From a virus (taxonomy: Duplodnaviria > Caudoviricetes): a DNA stretch of 33,091 bases. This document shows, piece by piece, positions 27,380 through 33,091 of the stretch. The stretch covers positions 1-33,091 of IMG/VR virus record IMGVR_UViG_3300010052_000179; one strand, given 5' to 3'. The translations under genes were made by a program, and so were the position numbers. Below the pieces are notes generated by a model. The model had not been told where the DNA came from. It searched no databases and saw nothing but the letters and a program-made list of their open reading frames with translations. How positions within the stretch are numbered: position 1 is the stretch's first letter; each line of letters begins with the position of its first letter.

Positions 27380-27643
27380 TCATTCCATATCCGGCACCTC
27401 ACCAGACACAAACAGCGTCGTTGGCTCACCGTACTCCCCGATGGTCGGGTTTGCCTCCCGGCTCCAGGCAATGACGCCGGCATGTTTACCAGCCATTCCC
27501 TTTGCCGTTCTGACGGCGCGCTCTTCACTCTGCTGCTCGGCAGGGCCGTAGACTGGCTGCAATTCGCCTTCCTCGTCGCGATCGAATGCCACGACGACGA
27601 TGAGCTTGGGCATCTTCTGGCCCGGTAGGATTGCATCGGACAT
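27380..27643 (-). CDS. Hypothetical protein (alternative start 27613)
   Basis: KLIVVVAFDRDEEGEL...HAGVIAWSREANPTIGEYGEP; protein-like sequence with typical codon usage. Confidence 0.75.
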   Translation of the reverse strand: MSDAILPGQKMPKLIVVVAFDRDEEGELQPVYGPAEQQSEERAVRTAKGMAGKHAGVIAWSREANPTIGEYGEPTTLFVSGEVPDME

Positions 27644-27875
27644 CACAGAGCCTTTGAGAAATGGCCGGCGCGGAGGGCGACTTGGGGGTCTTGCGCGCCG
27701 GCCAATGCAGCCGGTGGGCCCAGCCGCCAGCGAACATAATCACTGTTCCTATGGCTTCGCCAGAGAATTTCCAGGGAACATTGCTGCCAGGCGTGCGTTG
27801 CTTGAGATGCCGCCTGCCTGTGAGAGCAACACCTTTGGGCGGCGCCCCAGCCGGTTACCCTCCCGGCGATCACAG

Positions 27876-27912
27876 AGCCCGCTTTCGCCCCCCCTCGCGA
27901 AGGCGGGCTTTC
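27876..27912. terminator. GC-rich hairpin, probable terminator
   Basis: AGCCCGCTTTCG (27876-27887) / CGAAGGCGGGCT (27898-27909), next to the stop of ORF 27912-28139. Confidence 0.65.
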
Positions 27913-28139
27913 TATTTGATCAAAGCCTTGTTCTTCACTTCGTCGGTATAGGCTTTCAGCCCCTTGATCATTTTTGCGGCCCCGTCAGCGTCAATTACGT
28001 ATTCGATGGAGCCCTGACCGGTCAGCATTTCCAGGACTGCAACAAGCTTGCCGTCATCGTCGGTGTACGTGCCGACACCAAAGCCAATTAGCCCAAATCG
28101 CGGGAACTCCGTCGTTCGTATTCTCGGTACGCTTCCCAT
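27912..28139 (-). CDS. Hypothetical protein (75 aa)
   Basis: AAAAGGAG RBS; MGSVPRIRTTEFPRFGLIGFGVG... Confidence 0.7.
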   Translation of the reverse strand: MGSVPRIRTTEFPRFGLIGFGVGTYTDDDGKLVAVLEMLTGQGSIEYVIDADGAAKMIKGLKAYTDEVKNKALIK

Positions 28140-28164
28140 TACCCATACTCCCTTTTCAAGGCGG

Positions 28165-28362
28165 CTACCTGCCAAAGCCTGGAACTCTGTCCTTCTCCGC
28201 TTCCTCGGCATGCGCCGTCGAGCAAAACCAGCGCGTGCCGTCCCGCGTGTTGACGCCGAATGGCGCGATTTCCTTGCAGCCGCTGCTATGGTCGCAGATG
28301 TGGTTCCGGATCAGCTTCGGATCGATCTGCCGGCGACCGGGCGCCGTTTCTTCGTCCGACAT
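28165..28362 (-). CDS. Small Cys/His protein
   Basis: HICDHSSGCKEIAPFG....RWFCSTAH; starts 3 nt after the upstream stop. Confidence 0.7.
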   Translation of the reverse strand: MSDEETAPGRRQIDPKLIRNHICDHSSGCKEIAPFGVNTRDGTRWFCSTAHAEEAEKDRVPGFGR

Positions 28363-28365
28363 GGT

Positions 28366-28545
28366 TCAGACCAATGATTTCGGCTTGCGGTCCTGTCGGT
28401 CGAGCTTTTCCTGAAGATGGGCGTTCAGGACCATCTGTTCTTTCAGGGCTTTCATGACATCGCCGCCGTGCAAGCGTACGAATTTCTCTGCCGTCGCCTG
28501 CAAAATTGCCTCTTGCCGACCATCCAGCGTGACAATGTGGTCCAT
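28366..28545 (-). CDS. Small helical hypothetical protein (59 aa)
   Basis: AGGAGG RBS; MDHIVTLDGRQEAILQ...HGGDVMKALKEQMVLNAHLQE. Confidence 0.75.
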   Translation of the reverse strand: MDHIVTLDGRQEAILQATAEKFVRLHGGDVMKALKEQMVLNAHLQEKLDRQDRKPKSLV

Positions 28546-28578
28546 GGCCAGACCTCCTGTTAGGCATGGACTCCATAA

Positions 28579-28593
28579 GAACAAAATGAGAAC
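28579..28593. promoter_or_regulatory. Alphaproteobacterial LexA (SOS) box
   Basis: GAAC-AAAATGA-GAAC, an exact GAAC-N7-GAAC match in the divergent intergenic region. Confidence 0.8.
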
Positions 28594-28635
28594 ATAGAGT
28601 CAAGTGAAGCCTTTAGACGGAAAGCCTGACGTGAG

Positions 28636-28971
28636 ATGCCCGATACCAGCGGAGCCCGTAGACGTGGGACGGAATGGACGCTGGCCTTTGCCAACGAACA
28701 CCGTCACCTGGTCCGCATTCGCTGCGGGCTGTGCAACATCCAGCGGTACTACTATCCGGGCGATCTATGGAAGCTCTACGGGAATATCGAGCTTGAGCGC
28801 ATAGCCGCGAAAATGTTCTGCGAAAAGTGCGGCAAGAAGGAATACCTGAACGTCGAGACGTTCCACCCGACCGCCGCCGAAATCGTGAAAGACAAGATCA
28901 GGGTCCGTACTCTGGTGGAAATACGGTGGATTCGCCGGCCAGTCTGGCGCGACGACGACATGCCGCCTTAA
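28636..28971 (+). CDS. Zinc-binding hypothetical protein
   Basis: IRCGLC...FCEKCG; stop overlaps the SRAP stop (TTAA). Confidence 0.75.
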   Translation: MPDTSGARRRGTEWTLAFANEHRHLVRIRCGLCNIQRYYYPGDLWKLYGNIELERIAAKMFCEKCGKKEYLNVETFHPTAAEIVKDKIRVRTLVEIRWIRRPVWRDDDMPP

Positions 28972-29681
28972 AAGAGGGAAGTTTGCTCCGGTGGCGTGGG
29001 AGCGCCCTGGGGAAACTTGATCTGTGTCGCAGGCTTGTCCACGACAATGAGGGCGTCGTCAGGGGCAGGCTGCTGGAGCTTCTTGGCAACCGGCCAAGGA
29101 GCCGTCAACCACAGCTCGATTTCTTCTTCGGTGGTCAGAATGACCGGCATGGCCTTTTCGTGGATCGGCCCGACGACATTGTTCGGTTTCGTGGTGAGGA
29201 AACCGTACAGCTCGAAATCGCCCGGACCGTCCTTGACCTTGCGGACGCCCTGCCAACGGGTCCAGAGGCCGGCGAAAAAGAACAGCGGGCGGCTTCCGTC
29301 GCGCGCGAACCAATAGTTCCGCTGGATCCCCGTTTCCGGGTCTTTGTCGTTCGGTGTGGGCGAGGGCTCGGCAAAGCTCGTCACCGGCACGACGCAGCGA
29401 TTGCCGATATCGACGTATTGCTGCCAGTGCGGATAATGGGTGTTGCGGATATTCGTAGTGCCGTAGTCGGCCTTGCCCTTCACACGCTCGATCGGCGTCG
29501 GCATGCCCCACAGCAAGTTGGTGAGTTCGCGCTGGCCGTCCGGCGCATTGCGAACCACGGGACCGGGGCGGTTAGGGTAGATATCGATCGACGGCGGCAG
29601 ATTGCCCGAAAGGTCGCGCAACGTGCGGGTCAGCTCGCGTATAGCCTGCTGCGACGTGGTGATGTTGTACAGATTGCACAT
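28968..29681 (-). CDS. SOS response-associated peptidase (SRAP/HMCES family, abasic-site crosslinking)
   Basis: Start MCNLY (catalytic Cys2), WGMP, TNIRN, RCVVPVTSFAE, FFFAGLW, FLTTKPN, PIHEKAMPVIL. Confidence 0.95.
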   Translation of the reverse strand: MCNLYNITTSQQAIRELTRTLRDLSGNLPPSIDIYPNRPGPVVRNAPDGQRELTNLLWGMPTPIERVKGKADYGTTNIRNTHYPHWQQYVDIGNRCVVPVTSFAEPSPTPNDKDPETGIQRNYWFARDGSRPLFFFAGLWTRWQGVRKVKDGPGDFELYGFLTTKPNNVVGPIHEKAMPVILTTEEEIELWLTAPWPVAKKLQQPAPDDALIVVDKPATQIKFPQGAPTPPEQTSLF

Positions 29682-29746
29682 CCCGCGAGACTGCCCGCAA
29701 AACTGCCGGCAGACAAGCGGGGCGGCGGCCTGCGGCTGAGCGGCCC

Positions 29747-29929
29747 TTATAATCGTCCCTTCGCCTTTTCTATGAGCGAAACGTAAAACGCGATCTGACT
29801 GTTGCACTGGCCGATTACCAGATCGTAGTTCTCCAGATCAGAGCGCCGCACGGATATCAGCCATTCTCGTTCCCGCAACTCCTCCAGCATTATGCGCTCA
29901 AATAGCTCTATGGCTGCTTCCATTGTCAT
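29747..29929 (-). CDS. Hypothetical protein (60 aa)
   Basis: GGAGG upstream; helical MEAAIELFERIMLEELRERE... Confidence 0.5.
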   Translation of the reverse strand: MTMEAAIELFERIMLEELREREWLISVRRSDLENYDLVIGQCNSQIAFYVSLIEKAKGRL

Positions 29930-30058
29930 CGGTCATGCCTCCCTGCAGCGACCTCGCACGGATGTCGGCAGCATCGATATCCCTGAATTCAGGTATAGAC
30001 ATCTGCGATGGGATCGGCGGGTGGTTTTGCCGTCCGAAAACACTGGCCGAATTTCGCT

Positions 30059-30090
30059 CGGCAATGTCGTCCGGCAATGTCGTCCGGCAA
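30059..30090. repeat. 13-bp tandem direct repeat (about 2.5 copies)
   Basis: CGGCAATGTCGTC CGGCAATGTCGTC CGGCAA. Confidence 0.9.
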
Positions 30091-30255
30091 GGTAGTTGGC
30101 TTGGCCTCAATATCCCTGCAACAACTGCACAAATCTGCTTAGGTCGTCTGGATCAGGACGGGGAAGCTGTGGCCGGAACCCTCCCTCTCACAACCTTCAG
30201 AAACCGGAAGAGAGAAAAGAACTGAGGTTTATCTGAGAGGTCGAAGGAAAGGGCG

Positions 30256-30945
30256 CTACAGGGGCGCAAAGAAATCTGCAATCCGCATTGGATTTCTTTT
30301 CACTTCTCGCCACGCCGGAGCAGTGCCGCGCTCACCTTCGTCGAGGACGTCCAGAATGGCATACATGCCAACGACGTCGTATCCGGCTTCCTCGAGTTTA
30401 ATTTTTGCGGCACATAGTTGGGAACCCGATGTCACAACATCGTCGAACAAGATCACACGCTTCCCGCAGCCCGGCTTGACGCGAAGCGCGTCCAAGTGCT
30501 GATCGACATCTCTTCGGCGCTCCTTTTTGTGCGCCTTGCCCATAGGTTCTGACCAACGCAATGCATCGAAGGCGGTGAGGTTTCCTTCGCTTTTACTGGC
30601 AATTCCTCTGGCGATCTTTAGTGTTTGAAAGAGATCGTCATCAGCAATTGTTGCGTTCCCATTTGGGACCGGAACGATAATAGCTCCGTCCCCACCATCA
30701 GCTCGCATTCTTGCTGCGAACCTATGTGACAGGTCACCTGCGCAGCTACCCCAATTGGATTGGTCTATTCGAGTTCGGAACCCTGTGCGCATCTGCCACG
30801 AAAAAAATGTGGTTGGTCCCAGTGGTTCGCCTTTGACTATCTTTTTGACATGGATCGCAGTCCATTCATGCTCGTTGCGATCTTTCAATGACAACTGATC
30901 ATCGGTGTTGTGTCGGACGAATGTAGTGACAGTGATCTCAGGCAT
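30256..30945 (-). CDS. Type I phosphoribosyltransferase-fold protein (ComF-like, no Zn ribbon); putative defence effector
   Basis: IIVPVP and PRPP-binding loop VILFDDVVTSGSQL; ATG overlaps the DprA-like stop (ATGCCTGA). Confidence 0.88.
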   Translation of the reverse strand: MPEITVTTFVRHNTDDQLSLKDRNEHEWTAIHVKKIVKGEPLGPTTFFSWQMRTGFRTRIDQSNWGSCAGDLSHRFAARMRADGGDGAIIVPVPNGNATIADDDLFQTLKIARGIASKSEGNLTAFDALRWSEPMGKAHKKERRRDVDQHLDALRVKPGCGKRVILFDDVVTSGSQLCAAKIKLEEAGYDVVGMYAILDVLDEGERGTAPAWREVKRNPMRIADFFAPL

Positions 30946-31771
30946 TGCCGAGCGCGTCGACAATATCGGCGGTAGAGCTCAGTACACGGGTCTTCGAATG
31001 GCCAAGAAATTTCTCCGGCCAGCTAAGCCGTCTGTCTTCCGCCACTGATTTCATGATGAAGAGCCAACGATCCTGGCGCTGGCATTCAACAGCTTGGTGC
31101 AGTGTCCCAGAGGTGTCGGAAGCCTCGACGATGACAGTCGCATCGCTAAGAAGCGCCATTACGCGATTTCGTTTCGGAAAATTCGCCTTGAAGACAGGTT
31201 CTCCGTTGGCAAAGGGCGAAAGCAGAAGGTGATTCGAGTAGATTTCCTCCTGCAACCAGGCGTTTTCGGCCGGGTAAGCTTTGTTCAATGGCGTCCCGAT
31301 AACAGCTGCCGTGAAGCCGCCAGCATCAATTGCGGCCGTGTGGGCTGCGAAGTCCACACCTTTGGCGAGGCCACTCATCACCAAGTAGCCGGCGCTGCCT
31401 AATTCACGAGACAGCCTGCTCGCTCTGTGTCGGCCCTCCGGGCTAACTTCTCGCGTGCCAACAATCGAAATCGCTTTTCGATTCAATAAGTTAATATCAC
31501 CGGAGTAATAGACGAAGACGTCCTTCGCTCCGTAATTGCGGAGGAGATCCATTTGCCGGTCAGACCCGGCGGAGCGATTGGAAATCTGGAGAAGATGCTG
31601 CAGTGTATCGGTGCGGATCAGAGGGGGCACGTGATAGCGCCTGCGTTCCCCGACGTCCGATGATTTCACGGCCCGATTGAGCATCCGGTTACTTGTCCCA
31701 TTGGGGATGCATTGTAACTTTTCAAGAGGGGCAAAGAAATGGCCGTGTTGCAAATTGTTGTGCATCGTCAC
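30938..31771 (-). CDS. DprA/Smf-family Rossmann-domain protein (alternative ATG 31684)
   Basis: ISIVGTR, VMSGLAKGVDFAAHTAAI, AVIGTPL, YPAEN, FPKRNRVMALLS, IVEASDTSGT. Confidence 0.93.
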   Translation of the reverse strand: MTMHNNLQHGHFFAPLEKLQCIPNGTSNRMLNRAVKSSDVGERRRYHVPPLIRTDTLQHLLQISNRSAGSDRQMDLLRNYGAKDVFVYYSGDINLLNRKAISIVGTREVSPEGRHRASRLSRELGSAGYLVMSGLAKGVDFAAHTAAIDAGGFTAAVIGTPLNKAYPAENAWLQEEIYSNHLLLSPFANGEPVFKANFPKRNRVMALLSDATVIVEASDTSGTLHQAVECQRQDRWLFIMKSVAEDRRLSWPEKFLGHSKTRVLSSTADIVDALGNA

Positions 31772-31953
31772 GCGCTCCCCGCCGTCTCCGTGTCCTCTGC
31801 CAGGTTAAGCTCCAGCTAGAGATATCCATTCGCGATAAGCCAGTCGCGCAGGGCTGCAACCGCAGCGTCCTCGCGCGACTGGCCATCTTCGACCGCGAAC
31901 CGGAGCAGGGCGAGCGAAACGTCGGCGAGGAGGTCGAGGGTCAGGTTCGGCAT
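31768..31953 (-). pseudogene. Small RHH/CopG-like gene with an in-frame TAG at 31816-31818
   Basis: MPNLTLDL...SREDAAVAALRDWLIANGYL*LELNLAEDTETAGSA*; the second stop overlaps the DprA-like GTG (GTGA). Confidence 0.55.
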
Positions 31954-32252
31954 GTCAGGAAAATTCTGACAGCAACGCGACTGCAGCGACCACGGCGGCA
32001 ACCGCCGGCACGATGGCAATATAGATCGACAGCGGCGCCGAGTTGTCGTTGTCTGGATCGATTTTAATCCCCAAGCCCTCCCCAGAGCGAAGAAGATAAT
32101 GGCGCAGGGATTTCGATCGCGCAAGCCGAGGCCAATGCGTTGGAGTTCTTCGCCGAGATCGAGAAGGAGACCGAAGATGCCTATTCGTTTGATGGCGACA
32201 AGCTTCGACCTGACCCTTCTTCTCACGAGGAAGAAGGTTTAGAATCCGCGCC

Positions 32253-32678
32253 TCACTTGCTACGCTGCTTTTTCAGCTCGTTTGCTATCGCTCTCGCCGC
32301 AGCCAGTGCGCTTTGTGGCCGATCTGATTCGGACAAAACAACTCCACCCTTCAAGGTGGGAATAGAGCTTGCCTCAGGTCGAGTTTGGCATCGCTTCATC
32401 ATCTCTCTCATGGCTGAAGGCGTAACGAAGTCTGCACGGCCAATGCGCATGATTACAAGCCTGCCACGGCGGGCCTCTGCTCGCAATGTCGCCGGTGTAA
32501 TGCGCCCGCGGAAGAAGATCGAGCAAGCCTCCTTAAGCGTCAAGGGCGCGTCTGCTGCGACTTCGACTTTTTCTGTTTCGCGTTCCGTCGTGCATCCAGT
32601 CGAGCCAGAAAATCGCTGGCGTCGATATACGAAGTCGTAACTGTAGACCGACTGGCCGGGGCGCTTGTAGACCGACAT
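32253..32678 (-). pseudogene. Chimera: tyrosine-integrase N-terminal arm-binding fragment fused to an excisionase-like HTH
   Basis: MSVYKRPGQSVYSYDFVYRRQRFSGSTGCTTERETEKVE, then DAPLTLKEAC...ITPATLRAEARRGRLVIMRIGRADFVT; no catalytic domain. Confidence 0.7.
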
Positions 32679-32860
32679 TCTCTCCTGCTCCGCCGTTCGA
32701 TAAACTCTGTCAGATCCTCCAGGGCATACCTGCGGGACTCCCTTTTTTCACCGAGCCCGATATTGACGTAGCGGATATGGCCTTTGTTGGTGACTGCCCG
32801 AAGTTGCGCCGTCGAGATCGAGAGTTCCTGTGCGGCTTGTTCTGGCGTCAACAGCGGCAT
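32540..32860 (-). CDS. Excisionase-like HTH protein
   Basis: LLTPEQAAQELSISTAQLR....GHIRYVNIG.GEKRESRRYALEDLTEFIE; its 3' end overlaps the integrase start. Confidence 0.85.
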   Translation of the reverse strand: MPLLTPEQAAQELSISTAQLRAVTNKGHIRYVNIGLGEKRESRRYALEDLTEFIERRSRRECRSTSAPASRSTVTTSYIDASDFLARLDARRNAKQKKSKSQQTRP

Positions 32861-32906
32861 CCTGAAGAGACTCCCGATGGTTACTGAAATCCGCAGTATG
32901 GTGAAC

Positions 32907-33089
32907 TTATAACGGCTCGGGATCTGGAATTCTGCCAGAAACCGGCACCTGCGACGCGACATCGAAATAGTGATCCACGGCACGGCTGTCTGTTTTCCCA
33001 ATAGGGGCCATCTTGTGCGGAAAGCTCTGGTCGCGCCTGAGATCGCGAAGAGCGGCTTTATCAATGCCGAAATGCTCCGCCAGTTCGGC
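32907..33089 (-). CDS. HTH (AlpA/Xis-like) protein, 5' partial, not in the ORF track
   Basis: Manual translation AELAEHFGIDKAALRDLRRDQSFPHKMAPIGKTDSRAVDHYFD...PEPL*. Confidence 0.55.
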   Translation of the reverse strand, partial: AELAEHFGIDKAALRDLRRDQSFPHKMAPIGKTDSRAVDHYFDVASQVPVSGRIPDPEPL

Positions 33090-33091
33090 AT

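Larger units (their letters stand above)
1..30090 (+). mobile_element. Prophage late region (HK97-type head, siphovirus-type tail) with accessory flanks; left boundary probably outside the window, right boundary approximate
   Basis: Near-continuous co-oriented HNH-terS-terL-capsid-portal-tail-fibre-endolysin cassette 2438-27051, with many overlapping stop/start codons and no obvious disruptions. Confidence 0.93.

Noticed and set aside
27525-27743. ORF MFAGGWAHRLHWPARK... upstream of 27380-27643
   Set aside because: Overlaps the better-supported gene in another frame and has no recognisable motif.
28827-29786. 319-aa + strand ORF
   Set aside because: Antisense shadow of the SRAP gene.
30266-31740. 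GCAAAGAAAT occurs at 30266-30275 and 31731-31740, roughly bracketing the DprA-PRTase pair
   Set aside because: One copy lies inside the PRTase coding end, and 10-mer repeats are expected by chance in 33 kb.
32040-32080. + strand frame reads VVVWIDFNPQA, like a MazF/PemK N-terminus
   Set aside because: No start codon or RBS, and no following GxEQ/RP motif; too short to call.

Overview
The window is mostly the late (structural) region of an intact-looking HK97-type, long non-contractile-tailed prophage. The host is probably a GC-rich alphaproteobacterium (Rhizobiaceae-like), inferred from gene families and a GAAC-N7-GAAC LexA box. Gene order: HNH, terS, terL, fused prohead protease/major capsid, portal, collagen-like protein, connectors, tail tube, chaperone with a -1 frameshift extension, tape measure with an internal lytic-transglycosylase domain, tail-tip genes, a 1128-aa fibre/spike ending in an SGNH O-acetylesterase, amidase endolysin and membrane lysis candidates. 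Accessory genes sit at both flanks and at three internal sites on the opposite strand. The left flank has a DUF892 ferritin-like gene, a truncated tRNA-Met(CAT) and five reverse-strand small genes, three of them membrane proteins. The right flank has a LexA-box/SRAP cluster, a 13-bp tandem repeat that may be att arm sites, and a DprA + phosphoribosyltransferase operon resembling known anti-phage systems (DprA-PRTase/ShosTA). It ends in decayed integrase/excisionase remnants. All calls come from motif recognition by eye; no database searches were run.
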